Below, one piece after another: positions 44,875-60,668 of a stretch of 64,000 nucleotides of DNA; the stretch's first letter is position 1; each line of letters starts with the position of its first letter. A model generated the notes under the pieces. It saw only the letters and a program-made list of their open reading frames with translations, was not told where the DNA came from and ran no database searches. This DNA comes from the human T2T-CHM13v2.0 reference genome, Homo sapiens: the NCBI GenBank assembly GCA_009914755.4, contig CP068257.2, forward strand, positions 38,112,001-38,176,000. Reading direction: 5' to 3'. The translations under genes were made by a program, and so were the position numbers.

Positions 44875-45100
44875 GGACCACAGGCTTGGTGGCTTAAACA
44901 ACAGAAATGGATTTTCTCACAGTCCTGGAGGTTGGAAGTGTCATCAGGGCTGGTTCCTCCTGAGGGCTGGGAGGGAGCCTCTGTTCCTTACCTCTCCCCT
45001 TGTTCCTTGTGGTTGCTGGCCATCTTCCTTAGCTTGTAGAAACATCACCCTCCTCTCTGCCTTCATCTTTACTTGGTGTTGTCCCATTTTTTATGGTCTT
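44875..45100 (+). repeat. MaLR internal-region/LTR fragment.
   Basis: ggtggcttaaacaacagaaatggattttctcacagtcctggaggttggaagt...ggttcctcctgagggctgggagggagcctctgttcc. Confidence 0.5.
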
Positions 45101-45150
45101 TTCTGAGATAAACACTTTTGAACGGTACAGGTTATTTTTGCAAGATGCCT

Positions 45151-45195
45151 CTCAATTTGGGTCAGTTTGGATCAATTTGGATCAATTTGGATTTG
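45151..45195. repeat. Minisatellite of ~4.5 copies of a 10-mer (NTCAATTTGG).
   Basis: ctcaatttgggtcagtttggatcaatttggatcaatttggatttg. Confidence 0.85.
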
Positions 45196-45430
45196 TCTAA
45201 AATTTTTCATCATACTTTGACTTAGGTTACATATTTTTGGCAAGATATAGGTAATGTAATGTGGTCACAGGATGACAATTTTCATTGGCGTAAGTTTGAC
45301 CGTTTGGTGAAGGTGGCATACCCTGAATTTATCCAACATAAAAGTACCTTTTTTGACTTTATAATTAATATGTAGCCAATAGATATTGTGGGAATATCCT
45401 GTTTACCCACAACCTTTCACCTAATACAAT

Positions 45431-45790
45431 TTTTTAAAAAAACTTTTATTTTAGGTTCAGGGTTACACATACTGGTTTGTTGTATAGGCAAACTCATGTC
45501 ACAGGGGATTGTTGTACAAATTATTTTATGACCTATGTACTAAGCCTAGTACCCATTAGTTATTTTTCCTGCTTCTCTCCCTCCTCCCACCCTCCACCCT
45601 CAGATAGACCCCAGTGTGTGTTGTTCCCCTCTATGTATCCTTGTGTTCTCATCATTCAGCTCCCACTTATAAGTGAGAACATGCGGTATTTGGTTTTCTG
45701 TTCCTACATTAGTTTGCTAAGGATAATGACCTCCAGCTCCATCCACGTCCTTGCAAAGGAGATGATTTTGTTCTTTTTTTACCTACTAAC
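45431..45790 (-). mobile_element. Short L1 3'-end fragment (3' UTR and ORF2 terminus) in the complement.
   Basis: ttttaaaaaaacttttattttaggttcagggttacacatactggtttgttgtatagg...cccacttataagtgagaacatgcggtatttggttttctgttcc.... Confidence 0.75.
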
Positions 45791-47329
45791 TTTTACATTC
45801 ATTGATAAATCATTGCCTGAATCAATTACTTCTATGGTGATTGTAAAGAGTGATTTCCTGCTTCCATTATTCTTTCCATATCTCTTAATTGGCTTTCTTT
45901 TGTTAAACAAAAGACTTCCCTCCCCTTTCTTCCTTTTCTTTTTTTTTCCTTTTTTTTTTCCTCACAGTTTTAGTAGGGACTCAATTTTGTCCAATACATT
46001 CTAATCTATTCCTGTCATTTTTCGTTTTGACACCCAGATTGCTCCAGACTTGGTCAGTTGGTGTCCCTCCAAGCTGGTGCTGGTGTCCTTCCGACATCCC
46101 CCTATTAGTTTTTGAGCACCTGGACCAGTAAGGTGTTCCAGTCTCACTTTGCACTTCCCTGTCTCCACCTGGAATCAGTCATTTCTCCAGGGAACCAACC
46201 TTAAATATCATAAGTTAGTCTACTTAAATATGATAAAGTATGGTCCAAACTTTGAAAGAGAAGATTTTAAAAAAATCCATTAGCACCAAATGGAATAAAA
46301 TGGACTGGTTAAAGCATATATCTTAACGAGGTAACGATGCAGCAGGAGCTCTGGCCTGATTGATGGTACCTTAGAGAGATAGATTTTAGAGACTGGCTTG
46401 CTTGCAAATGTTTTCTTTTGTAGTGGAAGGGAAAGAGAGCACTTAATTTCCCTTGGTCAGGTTAAATTCACTGAATTCTTCTTAGTCCAGAACTAGTGCC
46501 TTAACGATGGTAGCTGGAGGCATGGCTGCTGGAGAGGGAGGCTCAGTGGGTGCTTGCAATGAGTCTAGCTTTATTGGATTCATTTGGAAAAGGGTAATTT
46601 GTTTCTAAATTATTCATCAAGATCCAGTGCAGCTGGTGGCTGGCTGCATGTTGTGTGTTTTAGGTAAGTTTTATTAGCTGAAGACCTCATTGCAGCCTTG
46701 GTTGGCGGAGCTGGTGACCAGACGAGGCTGTAAGGAGAACAGCCAGGTTTCCAGAGAGCCAAGTGTTAATGGGGCTGTGCCCATTCAGGCTTCTTCAGGA
46801 ATCATATAAACATCCATTTTTCCACCCATTTCCTAAAAGTGCAAAGCATTTGTTTTCATTTCTGAAATGATCCCTGCAAGTCGTTGAAACAGGAATGACG
46901 TCAGCTTTGGAAGCTTATCCAGTCAGGGCAAGTCACAGGGTTGTATGAAGTACTTCCTGGTTTATAGTTCAAAAGGTTTCTTTAGAGAAAAACATACTGG
47001 GAGGGCTGACATTCATTTCAGATCTGTTTTTTAGAAATTGATTTTCTTAACTACAGAAATGATACAAATCTCGAGCATTGCAGACGTATCCAAAACTGGA
47101 GAGTGAGGCCGTCTCACCCTGTCTTGGGAGAAGCACTGTCAGAGCCATCTGCCCCTCGGGGTGGTTTTCTTTGTGCACTTATTTGTGTGTAGGTTGTGAA
47201 ATGGTTAAAATGAAGTAATGTTTTTAGGACACATGAGCACCTTGTGGAATGTAGTGATTCCTGGTTATAACCTTACTGTTTTGAGAAATGGCAATTTTGG
47301 GTGCAGAGAAGAGTAGTAGAAGTGACAGT

Positions 47330-47430
47330 CCTAGGCCTTTGCCCTGGCACTGATGGTGCAACTTTGGGCAAGTCAGCAACCTTCAGGGCTCAGTTTTCTC
47401 ACCTGTAAAGTGGGTAGGAGAAGAATAGAG
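47330..47430 (+). mobile_element. MIR SINE core fragment.
   Basis: tttgggcaagtcagcaaccttcagggctcagttttctcacctgtaaagtgggtagg. Confidence 0.6.
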
Positions 47431-47689
47431 AAGTCCTCTCTCCCGGCTGTGGATCAGAGACAGCTGAGGAGCCTTCTTTATAAATATGCTGAGGCTCAGC
47501 CTCCTCCTGGGGGTTTTGTTTCATTGGTTTTTGTGGAGCCTGGGAATTGCAATTGTAAAAAAAGTTCCCAAGTTACTCTAATGGGCAGCCAGGATTGGGG
47601 GCTACTGAACTGAAAAAAAAAATCTCTAAGGCCTAGCCTTCCCCTCCAGCCCGATCAAGTGCTATGTCTACACAGACTTGGACATTAGA

Positions 47690-47800
47690 CAGCCTGGGTT
47701 CCAATCCCAGCTCACACAATCACTAGCCGTGTGTCTTCTGGGCAAATTACTTACCCTCTCTGAGCCTCAGTTTTAGAATGGTCCTTGCTCCAGAGCACAT
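47690..47800 (+). mobile_element. MIR SINE core fragment.
   Basis: gttccaatcccagctcacacaatcactagccgtgtgtcttctgggcaaattacttaccctctctgagcctcagttttagaatgg. Confidence 0.6.
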
Positions 47801-50800
47801 AGGACTGGAAAGGGAGTGATTGTCATTCACACTATTGATTCGGAGATCTCTTGTGTCGCCTCTAGTGGGCACAGGGATATGCTTTGCACATGATAGTGGT
47901 GACATTTGGTATTAATATGTACTTGGCACGTGTTGGTGGTGACATTTTGTATTAATACATTTGGTTTCAAGAAATTCTATACCTTTTTAAAACTCTATGC
48001 ATTCCTTTGAGAGCATCTGGGAAATGCTATTTTCCTTTTCTTCACAGATGGGAAAAGGACAATCTCCAAGTGGAGGTTAAAGCACATGGTAAAGTCAGTA
48101 ATGAGGCCCTAACAAGCACACAGTGGTGTGAAGGAGTGCAGGGAGAAAGGCAAGCAGTGTTGACCTTGGAGCTAATCTTCCTTAGTCACTATGTGTGGGT
48201 TACTCAGGTATAGTATACTCATCCTCTCCAGCAAACCTGCCATTCACCTGAGCCAGACACACCCACACCCTCCATAGGGTACAAGGCACAGACCAGCACC
48301 CCACTGTAGACTTTATGCAAATACATTTATGTCATACCTGGGCCATATTTTCCTCAGAAGGATTATTCTACATTGGAGACAACACATGGCAGGATGGAAA
48401 GATATGAGCCAGTGGCCCTGTGGCTTCCTGTTCTGGGCTCCCTGTGCCATTTACTTAGTCACTCTGTCCTGAGCGTCTTGTCTGCATGATGAAAAGATTG
48501 GATTATGGATGACATCATTCCAAGAGTCTGTGTTTTCTGTCCACTGTCAGATTTTTGGTTTGTCAATAATATATGGCTATGATCTATTTTTCAGTATACA
48601 GTAAATGCACTCTTTTTAAAAAAATTAGCCCCATACTAAACAAAAATATACATGCATGTGTGTATACCTATGTGTATAGATATATATAAAATATATATTA
48701 TATATGATAAATTTTAAATGGTTATGAAAATAAGAAAGGTCTATCTTTGTAGCCCCAGCACTAAATCATGCCTCTTGCTGACTTGTACACTACACTTTGA
48801 GCTCCAGTGGATTAAAGGGAGACTTCAGCTTAAGTCTCACCCAGGCATAAAACTTGGAACATTTGCCTTCCAATGGAGCATGGTCACAACAAATAGGAAG
48901 TGAAAGAATAAGTGATGTGGTTCCTAATACCAGTTCCATTTTGGTCAGAGTTTGGGTCTTTTAACTGAATGCAGGCATCACTTTCTGAACTTTGTGGTTA
49001 AATTAAGGGACAAAAGAGTGTTTAAAGTCCCTCTGGCCCTCAGTCTCTCCCTTGACTCAGTCACCATTCCCAGCAAAGTGTCCCTTCCCTTCTGTTAAAC
49101 ATGCATTCCCTAAAAATAAGGCAGGCCCTCTCTGTCCTAGATTAAGGCAGGCTCTCTCTGGGCTAGATTAGAGGAAATGTTATGTCCAGATTCAGGAAGT
49201 TTGGCACACTCGTATTTCTGTCTAGTAGGGGAAGGAAAGTACTGATAGAGAGTGTGTGAGTAAGTTAACAAGCATCCTGTCTTATGCCAGTGAGAATTTC
49301 AAGCCTGTCTCTTAAATCTTGAGCCAGACCTCATTGGTTAACCCCAGCCAGCTCCCTTATTAAGAAAACTTGTTATATATGCAAACTTCAGTTAGTAAGA
49401 GTCCGTTAAACTGGAAATAGGATGACCACTGCCATCTTGAGCCTGTGCACTGTAGCTTACAGCATTCTCAGAACTTTCACACACACCCCTGAACAGCCTG
49501 GTGGGACAGGAGTTGTTATTGGTAAGTGAGCCAGAAGCCAAAGTTAATGCAGCAAGAAATGCTGGTCATGAGATTTCACTGGTTCCATCCACAGGAAACC
49601 TAAAGTTCTCGCTCAGTCACAAAGCTCCCACACAGTGGTCCAACCTTCAACTCAAGACTGTGAAGATCATGGATCCAACTCTGGACTTCACCATTTTATT
49701 ATCACATCTGTGGGAGGGGGAGTGTGAGAGCATCCTGTCATGTCGTGGGTAGCTTGGGCAGTGTTTACATTGTGGCTGCGTACAAGGGATTCCCAAAATG
49801 TGGGTCACCAACTATCTGCATCAGAATCACTTGGGGTATCATTCGGGATATCCTGACTCTGTGATCCTGGAGGTGGGCTTTGAATCTGCATGTGCAATGA
49901 TATTCCAGGTGACGCTTGGGATTCTGCTGTCTGTGGAGCAAGGGGATAAATGTGCTCTCTGCATGTGAAGGGTCTGCCTTGTGTTAGTGCTTCAGCTCCG
50001 GGGCTGGGAAGGTGTGGAATGGGAAGGGTGTAATCTGTTCCTTCCATCTTCACCATTTTTGGGAGAGCCCTTTACAAGTCTCTATCTATTCCAGCTCATC
50101 TCGGATGGTGGGAGATGTGGAGATAGACAGCATTAGGAAAGTAGTTTGACTTCCTTATAATCCTACAGTTCTGCTCTGGGCATCTTACTATGGGGAGAAA
50201 GGTGATCCCTAGACCTGGTTCAGCTGCAGCTGACTGCCTGGTGCATAGACTTCTATTCTCCATGCAGAGTCATTTAACATTGACACAGGAATAGCAAACT
50301 ACTATTGCAAGGTCAATTTTCCAGGAAAATTCTAAGGAAGAACATCTAAGAGCTGTTTTTGAACTCCAGTCTGTGGTTCCAAAGTGGTGGATGCCCATTG
50401 ATTTCAAAGCAAACCCCATGTTCCTTCATAGGAAGTCTACTGTTTCAGTATTTTCTAAAGACTAGTATCTAACAAAATAGCATGCATTTACATTAAGATA
50501 CCACCCAAGCACGCAGGGTTGAGTGACAGCCTTTTGTTGAATAACAATTCACAATTAAACAGATCAACTTAAATGTGTGTGGTTTGACTTCAGCGTGGTG
50601 CGCTAGGGAGAAGTGAAGGGCTGGATGAAAACTCTCTTGGGAACATCAATGTAGTTCCCATACTGTCCCTTTCTGTGACGATAAAAACGTTCTACATCTG
50701 TGGTGACTGAGCACTTGAAATGTGGCTAGTGCAACTGAGGCACTGAATATTTAATGACTCATACTTTTAATTAACTTAAATTTGAATTTGGATGATCATG

Positions 50801-51543
50801 TGAAGCCACAACAGCTCTGCTTAAGACATGGTGGAAAAGAATCAAAATGGCTTTTTCCTCTCTCCTTCTCTCCCTACCTCCCTCTTGCTTCCTGATTGCT
50901 CTGCCTCACCTTACCCTTTTTTCCTCCCACCTCCATGACTACTAGGTAAAATAAGAGGGCAACATACACACTAAGGAAGGTGTCTCCTGAAAAGCTATGG
51001 AAAAAGCAATTGCTGTGTGAGGAATTAATTTGAGGATCGGGGAGCTGGATGCGGCTAGGGTGCAAGCCATGCACCTAAGTTCCTTTAGAAGTGACTGTCC
51101 CTCAGAATATTCTGGTTTCCTCTGGGCGCTGGACTCTCAATGAGTGGGGACATGGAAGGGAGAACAAAATGTCTTTATTCCAGTCTTGTCCAGCAGTAGT
51201 GCTCAAAAAGTATTTCTTGATTAAATAAAGGATGTCAAACGTGACCATCACTATGCCAACCTCAGGGGACTGTCAGCCCAGCCCTGCCTTATCTACTTCT
51301 CAGGGATATTAGAGACATTAAACAAGCAACACCTGAACTGGGTTACTAAGAAGTTGTTTACTGGCAGAAATAAGTATTGTGATGGAAGGTACTGTAGAGT
51401 ACTGAATAATTAAACACATTGAAAGAAACTTGGCCTATGACGCCTAGCCATAGCAGGCTGAATAGTTATAATATTACTAGAAAACATAATGCAACTTATA
51501 ATGGGGCAGAATCTGTGATTCTAGGCAGTGCAAGTATCACTAA

Positions 51544-51903
<360 letters not shown>

Positions 51904-51910
51904 TAGAAAC

Positions 51911-52710
51911 TGTGGTTGCACACTGTTGGTGGGATGTAAATTGTTACAGCCTTTATGGAAACAGTATGGAGGTTCCCCCAAAAATTAAAATAGAGCTATC
52001 CTATAATCCAGCAATCCCATTCCTGGGTCTATATCCAAAAGAAATGACATCTTCATATTGAAGAGATATCTGCATTTCCACGTTCATTACATCACTCTTC
52101 ACAATAGCAAAGATATGGAATCAACCTATGTACATCAATAGATGAATGGATAAAGAAAATGTGGTATATAGACACAATGGAACACTAGACAGCCTTCAAA
52201 AAGAAGAAAATCTTGTCCTTTGCTACACCCTGGAGAGACCTAAAGGATATTATGCTAAGTGAAATAAGCCAGACACAGAAAGGCAAATATTGTATGATCT
52301 CTATTATAGGTGGAATCTAAAAAAGCCAAGCTCATGGAAACAGGAGGTAGAATGGTGGGTGTTACCAGGGAGTGGGAATGGGGGTTGGGGAGATGTTGGT
52401 CGAAGGGTACAAAGTTTCAATTAGACAGGAAAGATAAATTCTGTAGATCTACTGTACAGCATGATGACTGTAATTAATTATCATGTATTGTGTACTTGAA
52501 AATTGCTAAGAGAACAGGTCTTAGATATTCTCACCACAAAATAGCGATGAATATGTGAGATGATGGTTATATGAATTAGCTTGATTTAATCATTTCACAA
52601 TATGTACATAGCTCAAAATATCACAGCGTACACTGTAAATACACATAATTTTTATTTGTCTGTGTGTTTTACTAAAGCTCAGACAATAACAATAAAATAA
52701 AAACCACAAT
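51911..52710 (+). mobile_element. L1M/L1MA-type 3' end (ORF2 C-terminus and 3' UTR), beginning ~130 bp downstream of the IGSF5 TM-exon donor.
   Basis: cactgttggtgggatgtaaattgttacagcctttatggaaacagtatggaggttcc...atccagcaatcccattcctgggtctatatccaaaagaaatgacatc...ctaagtgaaataagccagacacagaaaggcaaatattgtatgatctc...tacttgaaaattgctaagagaac. Confidence 0.8.
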
Positions 52711-53749
52711 GAAAGACACATTGGCTTTAAGAGTCCTTGAAAGAAACGGTGGCAAATTCTTGGAGAAGAAAAGGACTTTCTTAAGGAAGGAAGCTGTTTC
52801 TTTGGGGCCTGATGCAACCCCTTAGGAAGACCAAGATCTTCATGCTCTTGAAAAGGTGATTGAAGCAGTGCCTTTCTCACCAAAGACACTGATTATTGGA
52901 TTTTTGTGCTTATTTGTAAGGATATATAGCTATTATAATGTCATTTAGATGCTATGGTTTTTTAGAATCATATCTACATATCTGAACATATTAAATGGTT
53001 GTTTCCTATTCTGAAGAATTTTAAATCTCCCTTTGTAGGTGAATGTTAATAGAGTGGTAGAAAGAAAAAATAAGATCTTCTGTTAATAAAAAATAGTATC
53101 AATACAATTAATAAAAATAATTACGTGTTTCTTTAGAATGAAATTCTCTGAGATACTCCCACATCGTATGAAAGCAGTAGCCTTGCTTGGGGTTGGGATC
53201 AATGGTGAGGTGGGCACATAAACACTAGGTGGGCTTGTCGTAGCATTAGGCAGTTTGTGGCTTCAGAAGCCTACGGATGCTTTATCATGAGAATGCTCCA
53301 GGACTTTCCATGTGCTGAATGTGTGTTTGTCCTTACCTTTCTTCCTTTTGTTAAAAACTTCATGTACTCCTGTTTGAACATTTTGTACAGTTAAATTATT
53401 TTTCTAAAGATCGGAGTTTTGATGTTAGCTTGCATGTCAGTTGAACTACATTTTAAGTTTTATTAACACTAACTGCCACTCAATGAACACTTAGTGTGTG
53501 TGTGCCAGGCACTGTGCTAACTCTTTTACATGGAGTATCTCACTAAAATGCATGGACTAGCCTTAACTAAACTAAAGGTCTAGTCTTAGTTCCTTGATGA
53601 ATTTGGTTTGTGATTGGGCAATTCACTCTGTAGTATAACTTAAAAAAATTTCAGACACGTGAATATTTTCTTATATTCTCTTCCTTCTTACATGAAGGGC
53701 AGTACACTATAGATATTCTTTTGCATTTTACTTTTTTTCCCTTACAATA

Positions 53750-54795
53750 TATCCTGGAAATCAATCCATGTCAGTTCATTGAGATTTCCTTCCTTTCTTA
53801 TTACAGCTATATGGTTATCCATTGTGTAGATGTACCATGGTTTATTCAACCATTCTCCAATATATAAGCATTTAGGTCATTTCTGGTATTTTGCAATTAC
53901 AAGCAATGTTGCAATGAATAATGTTGTGTATGTTCATATTTATGGAGGTGTAGCTTTTGGGTAAATTCTCAGAAGTAGGATTGCTAGGTCAAAAGCTACG
54001 TGTGTATGTAGTTTTGTCACGGATTGCCAAATTTCCCTCCAGCAAGGTTGTACAATTTGCATGCTTACCAGCAACACATGAGAGTTCCCGTTTCCCCACA
54101 GCCTGGCCAACAGGGTGTCATCATACTGTTTAGTTTATGCCAACCTGGAAAGTAAGTAAATAAGAAATGGTATCTCAGCATAGTTTTGATTCTATCTTAT
54201 TATAAGTGAGGTTGAACTACTGTTCCATCTTTTTGTATGATTGAGAACAATTTTTATAAGTTTTTATAACTTGTCATTCTATATCTTTTGCTCATTATTT
54301 TCTCTCTCAGATTTTTGGGCTTTTTACTCCTTCTAATTTTAAGAATTCTTTTGATGTTAGGACTGATGGCCCCCTTTATCTGCGTTTTGAGTCATAGGAA
54401 GTATTTCCTTATATGGAAGTTTTTTTCTGGTGCTTATATCTTATATGGTTTCATTTATTTGTCTTTCTAGGTTTTATTCATTCTTCTGTGTGATATGTTG
54501 TATGCATCTAATTTTATCTTCTTCCAAATAACTAAGCAGTTGTCCCAGCAGCATTGACTGAAATCTCTGTCTTTGGCCTGGTGGTTTGAGATGCCACCTT
54601 TATCATACACTGATTTCCATATGCACTTAGGTCTCTTTCTGGGCTCTCTATTCTGTTCCATTGGTCCGTTTGCCTATTCATGCACTTACACTGTACTGTT
54701 TTAATTATAGAAGTTTTATAGTATGTTTTAATGTCTCCTTGGGTGAGTCTGCCTCGTAGCTTTCCGTTTTAGTGTTCTTCTGGCTAGTTTTGCAT
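53750..54795 (-). mobile_element. L1M-type fragment (ORF2 3' region) in the complement.
   Basis: atccattgtgtagatgtaccatggtttattcaaccattctcc...gcaatgaataatgttgtgtatg...gtaggattgctaggtcaaaagc.... Typical of the complement of the L1 ORF2 C-terminal region. Confidence 0.55.
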
Positions 54796-54804
54796 GTTTA
54801 TTGT

Positions 54805-56588
54805 TAAAACTTGTTTATTTTAAAAAATTGTGGCAAAATCTACATAAAATTTTCCATTTTAACCATTTTTGAGTGTACAGTTCAGTAGCATTAAATACAT
54901 TTACACTTTTATGCAACCATCACTACCATCCATCTACAGATCTAGGTTCATCTTGCAAAATAAACACTGTACCTATCAAACAATAACTCCCTATTCCCGC
55001 TTCCCCCCAGTCCCTGGCAACCACGATTCTACTTTCTATCAATTTGACTACTCTAAGTATCTTATATAAGTGGAATCATGCAGTATTTGTCTTTTTAAAA
55101 ATGGCATACAGAGTGATATTTTGATATGTGTGTACAATGTATAATGACCAAATCAGGGTAATTAGCATATCCATCATCTCAAACATTTATCATTTCTTTG
55201 TGTGGTGAACATTTAAAAATCTTCTCTTCCAGACTTTTGAAAACACAGCACCTTATAGTTAACCATATTCACTTTACAGTGCTGCAGAACACTGAAACTT
55301 TTCCTCTTATCTAGCCGTAACTTTGTGTTCATTAACCAAGCTGTCCCTAGCTTCCCCCGACTACCTCCCCTTCCCAGCCTCTGATCCCCACAATTATAAT
55401 CTCTGCTTCAATGTGCTCAATTTTTTTTTTAGCTCCTAGCATATGAGTGAGAACATGTGGTATTTATCTTTCTGTGCCTGACTTATTTCACTTAACACAA
55501 TGCCCTCCAGGCTCATCCATGTGCTGTGGATTTCATTCTGTTTTACGGTGGAATAGTATTCCATTGTGTACACGTGCCACATTTTCTTTATCCACTCATC
55601 TATTAATAGATATTTAGATTGATTTCATATCTTAGCTATTGTGAATAGTGCTGCAATAAATGTGGGGGTGCAGATATCTCTTTGACATACTGATTTCAAT
55701 TCTTTGAGATACCCAGATTGCCTGATTGTATGATAGCTCTATTTTTAGTTTTTTTGAAAAACCTTCATACTGTTTTCCATAATGACTGTACTAATTTACA
55801 TTCCCACCAATAGAGTATGAGAGTTTCCATTTCTGTTCATTCTCACCAGCATTTTTATTTTTTGTCTTTTTGATAATAGCCATTCTAACTAGGGTGAGAT
55901 GATATCTCGTTGTGGTTTTGATTTGCATTTCCCTGAGAATTAGTGATGTTGAATGTTTTTTCATACATTTGTTGACCATTTACATGTCTAAGAAGACATC
56001 TAAATTGAGAAATGTCTGTTCAGACCATTAACTCATTTTAACATTGGATTGTTTTTTTGCTGTCGAGATGTTTGAGTTCCTTATATAGTCTGGATATTAA
56101 TCCCCTGTTGGATGAATAGTTTGCAAATATTTCCTCCCATTCTGTAGGTTATAATTTTGCTGTTGATTGTTTCTTTTGCTGTGCAGAAGCTTTTCAGTTT
56201 AATATAGTCCCATTTGTCTATTTTTATTTTTGTTGCCTGTGATTTTGAAGACTTAGCCATAAAATCTTTGTCTAGGCCAATGTCCTGAAGGATTTATCCT
56301 ATGTTTTCTTCTAGTAGTTTTATGGTTTGGTGTCTTATATTTAATTCTTTAAGTTTGAGTTTATTTTGTGTCCACTTTGAGTTTATTTTGTATATGGTAA
56401 GAGATAGGGGCCTAATTTCATTCTTTTGTATATGGATATCCAGTTTTCTCAGCACTGTGTATTGAAGAGGCAGCCTTTCCCCAGTGTATGTTCTTGGCAC
56501 CTTTGCCAAAAATCAGTTAGCTGTAAATACGTGGATTTATTTCTGGGTTCTCAGTATTGTTCCATCTGTGATATACCTTTATTCTCTG
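54805..56588 (-). mobile_element. L1 (L1PB/L1MA-type) 3' UTR plus ORF2 3' region in the complement, directly adjacent to the previous fragment.
   Basis: aaaattgtggcaaaatctacataaaattttccattttaaccatttttgagtgtacagttcagtagcattaaatacatttacac... is the complement of the older-L1 3' UTR. Then ...tattccattgtgtacacgtgccacattttctttatccactcatc...gttgtggttttgatttgcatttccctgag.... Confidence 0.65.
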
Positions 56589-57479
56589 GGAAGCAGAAAT
56601 TGAAAGGCAGTGAACTCCTGTTGGACCTAAATTAGAAGGGAAATTGTTTTTACCTGGGAATTATTCCATATGCCCCAGATGGGTTACTCAAATGGAAGAC
56701 ACTGGATTTTAAAGGAAAACCACTAAATGACTTAGATTTTAATAGAGATGTGACTACAGATTGTTCAGTACCTTCAGAACATTATTTCTAACATGAGCTA
56801 TGTGGAGTAGTTGGAGAAATTCTGGTTATTTGTACATCCTGGTTCCCTTCAGCTTTTGTCTGTTCTATACTCATCTCATAAGAAGATTAACCGATGGTTG
56901 TTGGCCCACACAGGATATGCAGAAGGTGATTTTTAGTTTCTTCATCTACAGAATGGGAATAAATACTATCCTATAGATTGGTAGTAATAATTAAATAAGT
57001 ATATTAAAAGTTTCTGTGATCCATCCTAGATTTAATCTTTTCTTTAACTTTGAGATGAAAAGCCTTTGTAAGAGTGAACTGTCACCCCACCCCTGCCCAC
57101 CCCATTCACAGTAAGTCCAGATAAGGCTACAAACAGGTCTGCCACAGCCTACTTACAATGCCCACCTTGCCCCACCAGGTGTGATTCATAGTGGAAATTA
57201 TGCTATACCTTTACATAAGTGTGAAAGATGAGTAAAGGTCTGGATTTCTCTATGATGATTATTTCAATGCTTAAAAAACATTAAACATCAAAAATTTTCA
57301 GAAAGTATTTTCTGGTTCTCTGCTGCTATCCAGAGATTTCTCAGTAAGCCGACGGATTAACTGACCACATAGGAATGGCTGAGCTTCTGCTCAGCCTGGC
57401 CTGGGGGCTTTGGGATGGCAGCATTCTAGAGGGTCCCCAGGCTCCTTTCTTTTTTTTTTTTTCCTTTAACTTATAAGAT

Positions 57480-57665
57480 TATTTATTTAGCTATCAGAAA
57501 TACAAGATTGTTCCCTTTTCTTTTTTTTAAATTATACTTTAAGTTTTAGGGTACATGTGCACAATGTGCAGGTTTGTTACATATATATATACATGTGCCA
57601 TGTTGGTGTGCTGCACCCATTAACTCGTCATTTAATGTTAGGTATATCTCCTAATGCTATCTCTC
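57480..57665 (-). mobile_element. L1 3'-UTR end fragment in the complement.
   Basis: cttttcttttttttaaattatactttaagttttagggtacatgtgcacaatgtgcaggtttgttacatat...gctatctctcccccctcccccaacccc. Confidence 0.75.
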
Positions 57666-59597
<1,932 letters not shown>

Positions 59598-59640
59598 CAA
59601 TGGCAACAAAAGCCAAAATTGACAAATGGGATCTAATTAA
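59598..59640 (+). mobile_element. Right half of the older + strand L1 ORF2 fragment that was split by the nested insertion.
   Basis: tgcaatggcaacaaaagccaaaattgacaaatgggatctaattaa continues the ORF2 sequence that stops at 57778. The same stretch occurs inside the nested element at 58555-58600. Confidence 0.6.
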
Positions 59641-60646
59641 GATCCTTTCTTACAAACTGTGCTTACGCTGGTGGCGTTGGAGGCATTCCCCTGTTGCTGG
59701 AGGGCATTCATCTCTTACCTGATAGTCTCTTTTCTGCAATCCAGATAGAATTGTTTTAGTTTGGGATGTAAATTGGCAGGTGTTATTAGAATTGAAAATA
59801 CCTGAGAACGTTATCTAAAAACTAAGGAAAATGAGTATTTAAAAAATCTTAATCAAGCTTGATATATAGAAGGCCTGGACAGTAAAGCTCGGTTGTAAAG
59901 ATCACAGGCTTTTGGGACAAAAGGTTGGGGACTTGATCTGTGGCTTTTTACTCCCCACCTTCAAATCCTAGATTCCTTTTAATCAGTCTATGGATCCACT
60001 GACTAAAAACATTAGCAATTTAATGACAGTGTTTTTTTTTTTTTTTTTTTTGGTGGGGTGGGGGCACAACTGTATCAATTGATACCATTGGTACATATTG
60101 ATTGAAAATGTATCTTTGAATTAAAGAAATATGGTAATATTAATATAATAGTGTCTAGTCTGTTAAAAATATAATAACAGTAACACCTACTTTTGAGTTA
60201 TTATAACAGTTAAATGAGCTAGTACTTTGCACAGAGCCCGTTTGGTGCTGGCACATGGTAAAAATTGAATGAAAAGCAGCAGTGATTGATAACACAGAAC
60301 ATCTCTTCTTGGTATTATGGAGTCTGTATAGTCTCACTCATCAAATTCAATAGTCACAAAGTAATAAGTAAATACCCCTGGGTGACTGAAATATAGTAAG
60401 TACTATACAGTCTGTATTTCAGGTACCTAGGAGTTATTTATTTTTCTAATAGTTAACAGTGAATTCTACTTTCCTATGCTGGGAAGTCATTTGATAATTT
60501 GGTATGGGAAAACTTAATAATGCTCCTTGGGTCACAAATACTAATGTTGGGTCTGTTAAAATAAGGGAGTGTATAAAAATTAATGAGACTCGATTTTTAG
60601 AATAAGTATCCCGATTTTTCCAATGTAATTTTGTTCTTTTTTGCAG

Positions 60647-60668
60647 GATTTCGTATTCAATTTCAAAA
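60647..60668 (+). CDS. IGSF5: Putative 22-nt IGSF5 micro-exon encoding (G)FRIQFQ, ending in phase 2.
   Basis: A polypyrimidine tract and ttgcAG acceptor at 60645-60646. Donor AAA|GTAAGT at 60669. The frame continues from the phase-1 end of the TM exon (G+GA=G). Inferred from sequence only. Confidence 0.4.

Noticed and set aside
45477-46004. A 175-aa plus-strand ORF.
   Set aside because: It is read through the complement of an L1 3' end and T-rich low-complexity DNA. Its composition (poly-F/L/S) is typical of a non-coding artefact.
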